Assembly (NCBI GenBank): GCA_018920185.1
Contig: JAHLMT010000001.1
Coordinates: forward strand, 190,717 to 254,716
Direction: 5' to 3'
Source of the DNA: Candidatus Aenigmatarchaeota archaeon
Lineage (GTDB): Archaea; Aenigmatarchaeota; Aenigmatarchaeia; CG10238-14; SCSR01
Length of the DNA stretch: 64,000 bases
Shown here: one piece after another, positions 9,172 through 18,686 of the stretch
How positions within the stretch are numbered: the stretch's first letter is position 1
How the letters are laid out: every line of letters begins with the position of its first letter
Position numbers and translations under genes: made by a program
Notes under the pieces: model-generated
What the model saw: the letters and a program-made list of their open reading frames with translations, nothing else
Database searches by the model: none
Told to the model about the DNA's origin: nothing

Positions 9172-10080
9172 GTGATGTATAGAAAAATCTTCTTAACAGG
9201 TGGTACAGGCTTTGTAGGAACTGAGATTCTGAAAGAATTAGTCAAGAATAAATACAAGGTAAAAGTTTTAACTCATGAGAGAAAACCAGAAGTGTTATCA
9301 AATTTAGTAGAAATTGTTAACGGCGATGTAAAAGATACCGATTCTTTCATAGATTCTGTTAAAGGCTGCGATACGATAATCCATCTTGTCGGGATAATAA
9401 GGGAAACACCTTGGAGAGATATAACTTTTGAAAGATTGCATGTAGAAGCAACAAAAAACATGATTACAGCTGCTAAACAGAACAAGATAAAAAGGTTTAT
9501 TCACATGAGTGCCAACGGTGCTAAGCCAAAAGGAACTAAATATCAGACAACAAAATGGAGAGCTGAACAATTGGTGAAAAATTCAGGTTTAATCTATACA
9601 ATTTTCAGGCCTTCGATAATCTTTGGTGAACATGATAATTTCACTAATAGATTAGCGCGACAAATGCGGTTCGGTATTGTCCCGTATATAGGAGATGGTA
9701 ATTATCAACTACAACCTGTATCGGTGAAAACTGTAGCAGAAGCTTTTGTCAAGTCTATAAATAACAAGAAAGCATTTAACAAAATTTATCATCTTGGTGG
9801 ACCAGAGATATACAGATATAAAGAGTTATTGGATTTGATAGCCAGTAAAACAGGTAGGAAGATAGTTAAATTCTCTGTTCCTGTATGGATTGTAAGAATT
9901 TTTGCTTCTTTGTTCGGCTGGTTACCGCAATTTCCTATAACAAACGAACAGTTAACCATGTTATTGGAAGGTAATGTTTGTGATTATGATAAAGTAAAGA
10001 AAGATTTAAAACTATCTAACCCAAAATTAGATTCTCTAAAGATAAAATTCTATTGTATTCATCAGCGCGGCTGTAAATAG
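9172..10080 (+). CDS. NAD(P)-dependent epimerase/dehydratase (atypical SDR, NmrA/NDUFA9-like)
   Basis: N-terminal Rossmann motif LTGGTGFVG; 302 aa. Confidence 0.7.
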   Translation: MMYRKIFLTGGTGFVGTEILKELVKNKYKVKVLTHERKPEVLSNLVEIVNGDVKDTDSFIDSVKGCDTIIHLVGIIRETPWRDITFERLHVEATKNMITAAKQNKIKRFIHMSANGAKPKGTKYQTTKWRAEQLVKNSGLIYTIFRPSIIFGEHDNFTNRLARQMRFGIVPYIGDGNYQLQPVSVKTVAEAFVKSINNKKAFNKIYHLGGPEIYRYKELLDLIASKTGRKIVKFSVPVWIVRIFASLFGWLPQFPITNEQLTMLLEGNVCDYDKVKKDLKLSNPKLDSLKIKFYCIHQRGCK

Positions 10081-10300
10081 CCCAAACCATTGTTTTGCAG
10101 TTTTTCAAGTTTGCTGGTATCTTTTTACTACAAATTCTTAATCTAATTGAAGAGTATTATTTAGTCGCATAAATGGTTCTTAGTTTGTTTTTTTTTATTA
10201 TTGACACCAATAGTTTGGTAATTTTCTCTAATTAACGTTTTTTATTGATATGATATTCAAAAAATATTAAGTTAATACACAAAAAACTGGTGTTGAAACA

Positions 10301-11050
10301 ATGAAAAAAATATTTAAACTGTTGATAATATTAACAGTCTGTTTATTGTCTATTTTATCTGTTTCTATAATTTTAATATATAAAAAACCAGGAGAGATTA
10401 GCAAGAGAGTTGTAATCATAACAATTGATGATATCTCTCCAGTATATAGTATTGATAAACATAAAGAATTGTTTTCAATAATAGATAAGTATAATGCTAC
10501 AGCTACGCTTTTTGTTATACCAAATTATTTGGGCAAATATCCCATAACATCAAATCAAGAATGGATTAACCTAATAAAACAGGAACAGAGCAAAGGTTAT
10601 GAAATTGCGCAACATGGGTATGAGCATTCTCCTTATGAGTTTGGTCTAATCAACTATTCAACAGCAGAAAATAAGTTAACTAAAGGTATGAAAATATTGA
10701 AAGATGTATTCGGAGATGATATTTGTGGATTTAGACCACCATATTGGGCTGAAAATTTTGAAGTCAAAAAAGCTTTGAGAGATCTGGGTTATTGTTATGA
10801 TGCTGACATATTTGCTATAAGATTTGAACATGGGTGGTATGATAATATGTGGATAACTGAATTTGTAAAGACAGAGGAAGAATTTCTATTTATGTCAAAG
10901 ATACACAAGCCATTTATTCTTGTTTTACATGTTCAAGCTATGACACCAGAAGGTTACAAGTATCTTGATAAATTCTTAGAGTTTGCACAAAAAAGAGGAG
11001 TTATTTTTAAGACCTATAAGGAAGTTTATGGAACGAAGCTTTCAGCATAA
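10301..11050 (+). CDS. Polysaccharide deacetylase (NodB-homology, PgaB/IcaB-like) with N-terminal TM anchor
   Basis: TIDD motif (VVIITIDDISP), His-rich QHGYEH; signal/TM N-terminus; convergent 44-bp overlap with the GT2 gene. Confidence 0.6.
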   Translation: MKKIFKLLIILTVCLLSILSVSIILIYKKPGEISKRVVIITIDDISPVYSIDKHKELFSIIDKYNATATLFVIPNYLGKYPITSNQEWINLIKQEQSKGYEIAQHGYEHSPYEFGLINYSTAENKLTKGMKILKDVFGDDICGFRPPYWAENFEVKKALRDLGYCYDADIFAIRFEHGWYDNMWITEFVKTEEEFLFMSKIHKPFILVLHVQAMTPEGYKYLDKFLEFAQKRGVIFKTYKEVYGTKLSA

Positions 11051-12233
11051 AACTAATTATTCTTATAATTTTGTAGATAACTCCTTCAATACAACCTATC
11101 ATTAGTGAAACAGACAATGCAGGGAAATAAAGAATTAAACATAAAATTATTTTTGGGGTAAAGAGATTTATCTCCTCTATTTTCGACACCAAATAAAAAT
11201 ACAATATTAAAATAATAAATTTAATGGAAATTAACATAGTTATTAAAGAAGTTATTTTTCCTACTAACTCTATAAATACAAATGAAAAAAGTACATACAT
11301 ATTACCAATGCTCCCTATTAATGATTTCAAAAGAGATACAATTTCTGGATTGAGTAATCCCAAAAATACTGATACAATTAACCAACCAAAGATAATATAA
11401 TTCAGAAGAAAGACCGACAATTGTATTTTTTTGAAGAATGTTTTCCAATGCATAGATAAAATCTCCACACCTATCAGACCTCCTCTAATTCTTCTTTTGA
11501 ACCATCTTATGAAATTAGTGGGTGAATTTGTTCTTACGATAGCAGAAGGTTGATATTTATTTTTCCAACCAGCTTCAATAAGTTTTAAACCCATTTCAGT
11601 ATCCTCACCACCATAATTGAGATTTTCAGTGAATCCATTAACACTTTTCCATGCTTTTCTTGAGATTGCAGAACCACAACCTCTAATCGTAAAGACTGAA
11701 TTGAAAATATCTTGAAATCTAACAGGTAGTGAATCAAAAACAAGTCCGAAATATTCTAATCCAGGCCAAAACCTGTGCTTATTTGCTACCATATATTTGC
11801 ATGTAACAGCTCCTGTATCCTCATCAAATCTTGAAACTAAATTATGTAAACAACTCTTATCTACAAAAGTGTCAGCATCTAAAATAAAAAGTATTGGATA
11901 TTTAGAATGTCTAAAACCATGATTTAAAGCTGCTGATTTTCCACTGTGTTTTTGGTTAATAATCTTTATTTTTCCTCGTAAATTATTCAAGTTCTTGAGA
12001 GTATTGTCAGTAGACCCGTCATTTACAACTATTATCTCCAATTTTGGATATCTGGTTTCTAGAACTGACTTTACACAATTGTATATACTATCCTCGTTGT
12101 TGTATGTAGGAATAATTACACTTATTCCAGGCGGATTTTTCAGTTTTCTAATTTTCTGGTGACGATTTTTGGTTATTAAACTTAAGACGAGTATAAGCCA
12201 TGATAATATGAGAAGTATTAATGAAAAATTCAT
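11007..12233 (-). CDS. Family 2 glycosyltransferase, membrane-integrated processive type (PgaC/IcaA/cellulose-synthase-like)
   Basis: ISVIIPTYNNE, DGSTD, DAD motifs of the GT-A fold; multiple TM helices N- and C-terminal. Confidence 0.75.
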   Translation of the reverse strand: MNFSLILLILSWLILVLSLITKNRHQKIRKLKNPPGISVIIPTYNNEDSIYNCVKSVLETRYPKLEIIVVNDGSTDNTLKNLNNLRGKIKIINQKHSGKSAALNHGFRHSKYPILFILDADTFVDKSCLHNLVSRFDEDTGAVTCKYMVANKHRFWPGLEYFGLVFDSLPVRFQDIFNSVFTIRGCGSAISRKAWKSVNGFTENLNYGGEDTEMGLKLIEAGWKNKYQPSAIVRTNSPTNFIRWFKRRIRGGLIGVEILSMHWKTFFKKIQLSVFLLNYIIFGWLIVSVFLGLLNPEIVSLLKSLIGSIGNMYVLFSFVFIELVGKITSLITMLISIKFIILILYFYLVSKIEEINLFTPKIILCLILYFPALSVSLMIGCIEGVIYKIIRIISFMLKASFHKLPYRS

Positions 12234-12590
12234 TCAAACACCATATTACGTATTAAATGGTTTATAAAAATAGGCAGTAGAGCGAAATTAGTTCCAACTT
12301 CTTTCATGACAGGGAAGTCGTATCTACTTACGTTTTACAAGAAGACCCAAAATCACTTAAAGAAGGAAATAAAATAAAATTATAATATGGATCTTACTAT
12401 TGTGCACGAACAAGTTACCCCAGAAAAATTCGAAATTTCATAGTGTTTATGGACGATAACTGTTTTTAGAGTAATGCGGATTTATGTAAAAAAGTTATGT
12501 CGGGAAGTGGAGCAGATAAGACGATTTAAAATTGTATTTCACCACTGAAGAATGGTTAAAATAGAAAAGCTTAAATAGATTACATTACAT

Positions 12591-13586
12591 ATGGTAAACA
12601 TGGACATAACACACCCCGAATTACCAAATGACGCTACCGAAGCTCAACTCTGGAGGTTATTTAGACCTAGTAAGCGAGTAAGAGAATATACTTCAGGTCC
12701 TTTGGACCAAGACATAATTGATGAATTGACACGATACGCCGAGAGTTTGTTTAAATTAGAATTTATCTCACAACCAGGTTATGGTTATATTAAATTACTC
12801 CATGATATTTTTTCTGATATTTTTTCTAAGAAAGGGAGAATCCCCTTTTTCAATTTTCCTCCTTCAGTTTCTAATGCTGTTCGAGAATACGTCATAAAAA
12901 ATAGACCTACACCACCTCTGACAGAATACATCTCAAGAATGTTAGGATATTTAAATTCAAAATGGAGTTCAGAACACTATTGGCTTTTTTTCGAGGGTGA
13001 ATTATACAAACTACTGGATGAATGTCTTGAAACAGTACCATATAGAGAAAGGCGAATTCTTCAAATGAGATTTGGTTTAGGTGATGATTACCCTAGAAGT
13101 TTGAGAGAAACTGCTCAAGAATTTGGAGTTTCATCCACAAGAATTTGGCTCATACAAAAACGTGCATTAAATCGATTAAGAAGAGAGTTTGTACCAAAGC
13201 TTGAAGACTATCTTATGGGACAAAGACTTAAGATGATAGAAATGGATGGTTTGCCGGATGACCCAGAAATTTTAGCCGATCTATATAGAATAATGGAAAA
13301 AAAAGTAGCTCATTTAGAAAGAGAAAAACAAAAATTAGAAGGTAGGATAGCAGCCTTTGAAGAAAGAGAAGCCAAAACATTTGGAGTCTCGTTAGATGTT
13401 CTCCGAACGCCAATCTCAGAACTTGACTTACCTAAACGTGTTAAAACTTCACTCAGAGAGTACGAAAGAGTATCTGATTTACCACTTGAAGACTTAAAAT
13501 CATTGCTCTATATACGAGGGTTTGGCGAAAAAGCATTGGAGGCGCTTAAAAACGAGCTAAGAAGGTTGGGTCTGAACATACCATGA
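12591..13586 (+). CDS. Protein with sigma-70 region-4-like HTH and RNA polymerase alpha-subunit CTD-like HhH domain
   Basis: YRERRILQMRFGLGDDYPRSLRETAQEFGVSSTRIWLIQKRALNRLRRE matches the sigma r4.2 pattern; C-terminal LDLPKRVKTSLREYERVSDLPLEDLKSLLYIRGFGEKALEALKNEL resembles RpoA alpha-CTD; coiled-coil linker; GC elevated. Confidence 0.55.
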   Translation: MVNMDITHPELPNDATEAQLWRLFRPSKRVREYTSGPLDQDIIDELTRYAESLFKLEFISQPGYGYIKLLHDIFSDIFSKKGRIPFFNFPPSVSNAVREYVIKNRPTPPLTEYISRMLGYLNSKWSSEHYWLFFEGELYKLLDECLETVPYRERRILQMRFGLGDDYPRSLRETAQEFGVSSTRIWLIQKRALNRLRREFVPKLEDYLMGQRLKMIEMDGLPDDPEILADLYRIMEKKVAHLEREKQKLEGRIAAFEEREAKTFGVSLDVLRTPISELDLPKRVKTSLREYERVSDLPLEDLKSLLYIRGFGEKALEALKNELRRLGLNIP

Positions 13587-13632
13587 AATGAACGTCAAAC
13601 CCCAAAATCTTTTGGTTATTGTTTAAAAGTGA

Positions 13633-13668
13633 CCTGAACCCTAATTTTTATATTCCTGAACCCTAATT
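13633..13668 (+). promoter_or_regulatory. Two direct copies of CCTGAACCCTAATT (13633-13646, 13655-13668) upstream of gatD, the second adjoining a TATA-like AATTATATT
   Basis: Exact 14-bp direct repeat with 22-bp periodicity immediately 5' of the TTG start at 13683. Confidence 0.4.
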
Positions 13669-13682
13669 ATATTGGGAAAATC

Positions 13683-15014
13683 TTGTATTCTCAAGAAATA
13701 GAGTCACTACTCAAGAGTAAAAAGATAAAAATTGGAGATAAGATTCTGATAACCAAGGGTAAACTACAGTATGCAGGTATACTGATGCCTAGGATAAAAC
13801 TCGGTGACACATCCACCTTAGTGATAAAACTTCCAAATGGCTACAATATCGGGATAAAATACGAGAAAGATACGAAAATAAAGAAACTAGAACCAGGTAA
13901 ACCCATAAGATTCAAACCCGCTGAAGCTGTGCCAAGGAAGGATCCTGAAAAGTCCACTGTTTCTATATTAGGTTGTGGCGGGACGATAGCTTCAAGAGTT
14001 GAATATACTACAGGTGCGGTATTTCCGGCCTTTTCACCGGCGGATTTACTTTTGTCGTTCCCTGAACTAGGAGATGTAGCCAACATCAAGAGCAGAAAGC
14101 TATTCGACCTTTTATCAGAGGACATGACTCCACAACATTGGCAAGTCATTGCTAGCGAAGTTGCCAAAGAGATACAATCTGGTGTTGATGGTGTGGTTCT
14201 CATGCACGGCACTGATACTCTACACTACACTTCAGCAGCTCTAAGTTTTATGTTAAGAGACCTCCCAGTTCCTGTAGTCTTAGTCGGTGCTCAACGAAGC
14301 AGTGATCGTGGTAGTAGCGACAATCTTGTTAATCTGGTATCAGCTACAGTTGCAGCAGCTCATTCAAACATAGCTGAAGTTACGGTATGTATGCATGGTA
14401 GTATGAGCGATGATTTCTGCTATATCCACCAAGGAACCAAAGTAAGAAAATTACACACCTCCAGAAGAGATGCATTTCAAAGCGTGAATGTAAGACCATA
14501 TGCGAAAATTTTCTATCCCGATAAAAAAATTGAGTATCTGAGAAATGACTACAAAATACGAGAAAAAAGAAAAGTCGTTCTTGACGATAAATTGAACACA
14601 AATGTTGCATTGATTTACACATATCCAGGAATAAAACCAGAGTTCATACAATCTCTAAGGAATTTTGATGGTATTGTTATAGCGGGAACTGGGTTAGGAC
14701 ACGTTCCTACTAATCCAACAGGAGATAAGTTTACACAAAGTCTATTACCAACTTTAAGAAATCTAATTCATTCAAATATCCCAGTTGTGATAGCACCACA
14801 AACAATTTTCGGTAGACTAAACATGAATGTCTACGAAGCTGGTAGGATGTTAAATGAAATTGGAGTGATCGGTAACGGATGTGATTGGTTGCCTGAAGTT
14901 GCTCTTGTTAAATTAATGTGGGTTCTCGGACATACAAAAGACATGAACAAAATCAAAGAAATGATGCTAACAAATTATGCAGGTGAAATTAGTGACAGAA
15001 ATGTGGTGTCTTAA
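13683..15014 (+). CDS. gatD: Glutamyl-tRNA(Gln) amidotransferase subunit D
   Basis: Asparaginase-like core ILGCGGTIAS..., HGTDT; followed directly by gatE with a 1-bp overlap (TAATG). Confidence 0.85.
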   Translation: MYSQEIESLLKSKKIKIGDKILITKGKLQYAGILMPRIKLGDTSTLVIKLPNGYNIGIKYEKDTKIKKLEPGKPIRFKPAEAVPRKDPEKSTVSILGCGGTIASRVEYTTGAVFPAFSPADLLLSFPELGDVANIKSRKLFDLLSEDMTPQHWQVIASEVAKEIQSGVDGVVLMHGTDTLHYTSAALSFMLRDLPVPVVLVGAQRSSDRGSSDNLVNLVSATVAAAHSNIAEVTVCMHGSMSDDFCYIHQGTKVRKLHTSRRDAFQSVNVRPYAKIFYPDKKIEYLRNDYKIREKRKVVLDDKLNTNVALIYTYPGIKPEFIQSLRNFDGIVIAGTGLGHVPTNPTGDKFTQSLLPTLRNLIHSNIPVVIAPQTIFGRLNMNVYEAGRMLNEIGVIGNGCDWLPEVALVKLMWVLGHTKDMNKIKEMMLTNYAGEISDRNVVS

Positions 15015-16465
15015 TGGATAAAAAAATAAATTATAGCGCATTGCGATTGAAAGTTGGATTAGAATTACACCAACAATTAGACACAAAATACAAACTCTTT
15101 TGTAATTGTTCAACACAGATGAAAGAAAAAATACCGATAATGATTATTACAAGAAAATTACATCCTGTAGCCAGCGAATTGGGAACGGTAGACATTGCTG
15201 CACAATTCGAATATCTCCGTAACAGAACTTTTCATTACCAAGTGTTTAATAACGAAAGCTGTCAGGTAGAGTTGGATGAAGAACCTCCACATGAATTAAA
15301 TAAAGAAGCTTTAGATACAGCTTTGCAAATTGCACTTTTGCTAAATTGTGATATTCCAAATGAAATTCATGTAATGAGGAAAACTGTTATTGATGGTAGC
15401 AACACAAGTGGATTTCAACGCACAGTGATAATTGGAATGAATGGACACATTAATTACAAAGGGAAACGAATTTTAATAACGCAAGTAACTTTAGAAGAAG
15501 ATGCTGCTGCAATTGTTAGTGAAGAAAATGGTAAAGTCATTTATCGACTGAATCGTTTGGGTATTCCCTTAGTTGAAATTGACACAGGAATCTTAGAGGG
15601 ATATACCCCAGAAGAAATTCAAGAAATTGCTTATCTCATTGGGATAATGGCTCGATCTACGAGTAAAACAAAGCATGGTATAGGCTCTATTAGACAGGAT
15701 GTTAACATAAGCATAAGAAACGGGCCAAGAGTTGAAATAAAAGGTGTGCAGGAATTAGGGTTGTTATCAAAGGTTATTGAATTGGAGGTTCAAAGACAAC
15801 TGAATGAAAAAGTAAAAGAAGAAACACGTGCAGCTAATCTTGATGGCACAACGAGATTTTTGCGTCCATTACCAGGAGCTAGTAGAATGTACCCTGAAAC
15901 AGATATACCACCTATAGTAATTACAAAAGATTACATCGAGAATTTGAAAAAGAATTTGCCAGAACCATGGACTAAAAAACTAGAGAGGTTCAAGACAAAA
16001 CTTAAGTTATCTGATGATCTAGCAAAAGAAATTCTCGGTTCTGAATACTTGAATTTGTTTGAAAGAATTGTCTCGACAAAAAAAGTTGAACCTAGCATAG
16101 TAGCAAGCACATTTGTTTCTATAATAAAAGATTTGGAAAGAAGGGAAAAAGTTGAAGTTAACCGTATATCTGAGAATAGATTTATTGAGCTCTTTGATTA
16201 CTTGCAGGATAAAAAAATTGTGAAAGAAGCTATACCAGAGATTATAAAATATCTTGCCGCATATCCACAGAATGGGGTTGGAGATGCACTAAAAGAATTG
16301 GATTTGAAACCATTGACGCCAGCAGAGGTAAGAGAAATAGCAAAAGAAATTGTAGAACAGCCTAATATAACATTTGAGAAAGCTTACGGAATTGTGATGA
16401 GTAAAGTCAGAGGCAAGATAGATGCTCAAGAAGTGATGAAGATTGTTAAACAAATGATGAAATAG
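15014..16465 (+). CDS. gatE: Glutamyl-tRNA(Gln) amidotransferase subunit E (GatB/E family)
   Basis: GatB/E N-terminal GLELHQQLDT; paired with gatD. Confidence 0.8.
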   Translation: MDKKINYSALRLKVGLELHQQLDTKYKLFCNCSTQMKEKIPIMIITRKLHPVASELGTVDIAAQFEYLRNRTFHYQVFNNESCQVELDEEPPHELNKEALDTALQIALLLNCDIPNEIHVMRKTVIDGSNTSGFQRTVIIGMNGHINYKGKRILITQVTLEEDAAAIVSEENGKVIYRLNRLGIPLVEIDTGILEGYTPEEIQEIAYLIGIMARSTSKTKHGIGSIRQDVNISIRNGPRVEIKGVQELGLLSKVIELEVQRQLNEKVKEETRAANLDGTTRFLRPLPGASRMYPETDIPPIVITKDYIENLKKNLPEPWTKKLERFKTKLKLSDDLAKEILGSEYLNLFERIVSTKKVEPSIVASTFVSIIKDLERREKVEVNRISENRFIELFDYLQDKKIVKEAIPEIIKYLAAYPQNGVGDALKELDLKPLTPAEVREIAKEIVEQPNITFEKAYGIVMSKVRGKIDAQEVMKIVKQMMK

Positions 16466-16468
16466 ATT

Positions 16469-17311
16469 ATGAAATTCCTAAAGTCACAATTTAGCTTGGA
16501 AGAATCTAATATTGTAGTATTTGGAGTGCCAATAGGTAAAAGGTTCAAAGATATTTCAGAGAAATTAAGAAAGACTAGCATTTATTTAGAAGTATTTGAC
16601 ATAGATAGAAAGAGAAATTTACTAGAAAATATCAAAATTTCGGATTTAGGTGATTTAGAAATAAAAAATTTAGAAGAAATAATTTCTTATACAAAAAATA
16701 TTGTACAAAAAAATAAAATCCCTCTTTTAATTTCAGGAGATCACCCAACCTTATTTTCTTTTCAGGCTTTTGACGAAAAAACAAAAATAATAAGTTTTGA
16801 TGCCCACTGTGATTTGAAAGATGAGTATGAAGATGAGAAAATTATTGATTTAAGCACATGGAGTGGTAACTTTGACTCAAGAGTTAATGGTGCAACCTGG
16901 TTAAGAAGATTATGTGAAAAGATAGATCCGAAAAATATTTTATTATTAGGAATACGTTCTTGTGACGAAGATGAGCTAAAGTTTATCGAAGATAATGATA
17001 TACACTATTTTACTTCTTCTAAAATAAAAGAAGATATAAAATCTGTTAAACAAAAAGTTAAAGAATTCACAAAAAATTCAAAACTTTATATTACACTCGA
17101 CATTGATGTTTTTGACCCAAGTATAGCACCTGCAGTTCATCATCCTGAACCAAATGGAATATTTTTTAATGATTTTCAGAATTTACTTGAGTCATTTAAA
17201 GGAAAATTAGTTGGATTAGATGTATGTTGTCTAAATCCTATCCAAAATAACGAAGTTACTGAATTTCTTGTAATACGTTCGATTTTTGAAATATTAGGTT
17301 TAATTAGTTGA
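16469..17311 (+). CDS. Agmatinase/arginase-family ureohydrolase
   Basis: ISGDHP (GGDHS variant), FDAHCD, TLDIDVFDPS manganese-binding motifs. Confidence 0.75.
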   Translation: MKFLKSQFSLEESNIVVFGVPIGKRFKDISEKLRKTSIYLEVFDIDRKRNLLENIKISDLGDLEIKNLEEIISYTKNIVQKNKIPLLISGDHPTLFSFQAFDEKTKIISFDAHCDLKDEYEDEKIIDLSTWSGNFDSRVNGATWLRRLCEKIDPKNILLLGIRSCDEDELKFIEDNDIHYFTSSKIKEDIKSVKQKVKEFTKNSKLYITLDIDVFDPSIAPAVHHPEPNGIFFNDFQNLLESFKGKLVGLDVCCLNPIQNNEVTEFLVIRSIFEILGLIS

Positions 17312-17329
17312 AGTATTAATAGTGTTGAT

Positions 17330-18256
17330 ATGATTAGTGTAAAAGATTTTGATATAAAGGGAAAATTAACTGTAAACAAGTTAATACAACAAATGTTAGA
17401 TTCGGGAGGATTCACTTCCAAAAAACTTGCGGAAGGAGTAGATATTATAGAAAAGATGCTTAAGGATAAAGATTCTTTGAACTTTCTTTCGTTCCCTGCG
17501 GATATAGTTTCTACTGGCACAAGAGGTATTCTGAAAGAAATGGTTAAAAGAAAATGGTTCGATGTTGTAATAACGACGTGCGGAACTTTAGATCATGATG
17601 TAGCCAGAACTTACAAAGATTACTATCATGGTAGTTTTGATTTAGACGACAGAGAACTCAAGAAGAGAGGTATTAACAGAGTAGGAAATATAATCTTTCC
17701 GAGTGAAAACTACGGTATTATTATTGAACGGAAAATTTCACAATTTCTAAAAGAAATTTTTAACGAGGGTAAAAAAGAATTAGCAACTTATGAATTAGCA
17801 TGGGAAATAGGTAAAAGATTAAATAATGAAAATTCGATTTTATACTGGTGTTATAAAAATCAAATTCCTCTAATTGTCCCAGGTATAACAGATGGTGCTG
17901 TAGGATATCAAATATGGCAATTTTCTCAGACATACGATTTTAAAGTTGATGTATTAAAAGATGAGAAATTACTTTCTGATTTAGTTTGGAATACAAAAAA
18001 ATCTGGTGCAGTAATAATTGGTGGAGGTATATCTAAGCATCATGTCATTTGGTGGAACCAGTTTAAAAAAGGATTAGATTATGCTGTCTACATTACTACT
18101 GCGGTTGAATATGATGGTAGCTTATCAGGTGCTAGACCAAGAGAAGCCATAAGTTGGAATAAAATTAAGGAAAATGCACTAACTATTACGATAGAATGTG
18201 ATGCTACAATTTGTTTACCAATAATAGTTGCTTCATTATGTGAAAGAAAAATTTAA
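17330..18256 (+). CDS. dys: Deoxyhypusine synthase
   Basis: 308 aa; typical DHS length and conserved NAD/spermidine-binding regions (GTLDHD, GGGISKHH). Confidence 0.85.
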   Translation: MISVKDFDIKGKLTVNKLIQQMLDSGGFTSKKLAEGVDIIEKMLKDKDSLNFLSFPADIVSTGTRGILKEMVKRKWFDVVITTCGTLDHDVARTYKDYYHGSFDLDDRELKKRGINRVGNIIFPSENYGIIIERKISQFLKEIFNEGKKELATYELAWEIGKRLNNENSILYWCYKNQIPLIVPGITDGAVGYQIWQFSQTYDFKVDVLKDEKLLSDLVWNTKKSGAVIIGGGISKHHVIWWNQFKKGLDYAVYITTAVEYDGSLSGARPREAISWNKIKENALTITIECDATICLPIIVASLCERKI

Positions 18257-18678
18257 AATTCTATTTTAGACCTTTGCCGATTAATAATAACTTCAGCTAA
18301 CTTGAGATCTCTGGGGAATTCGATACCTCTATTTATTAGGTTTTTCTCGACTTTCTCTGCATTCAATTTTTCAAGTAGATAAACTGTAACTTTTTCAAAG
18401 TCAAAATCTTTACAAGAAAATATATCAACTGATGCAAACCTCTGCTCTACAAAAGTATGGATAGCTATGTGACTCTCAGCTATGATGACAAATCCTGATA
18501 TACCCCCTTTATCAAAACTATTTTCCTTACCCTCGTATATTAGCAATGAAGGTTTTGTCAATTTTGTCATTCCAATAATATCTGGCAATTCATCGAGAAT
18601 AGAGTAGATGAATTCTGCATTTTTTAGATTTTCCTTATTGCAATTATAAAAATCCAATGTTAAATGTGGTCCTAACAT
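18253..18678 (-). CDS. Pyruvoyl-dependent decarboxylase proenzyme of the archaeal AdoMetDC (SpeH) family: S-adenosylmethionine or arginine decarboxylase
   Basis: 141 aa; self-cleavage site context IIAESHIAIHT (Glu-Ser). Confidence 0.7.
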   Translation of the reverse strand: MLGPHLTLDFYNCNKENLKNAEFIYSILDELPDIIGMTKLTKPSLLIYEGKENSFDKGGISGFVIIAESHIAIHTFVEQRFASVDIFSCKDFDFEKVTVYLLEKLNAEKVEKNLINRGIEFPRDLKLAEVIINRQRSKIEF

Positions 18679-18686
18679 TTTATCCT

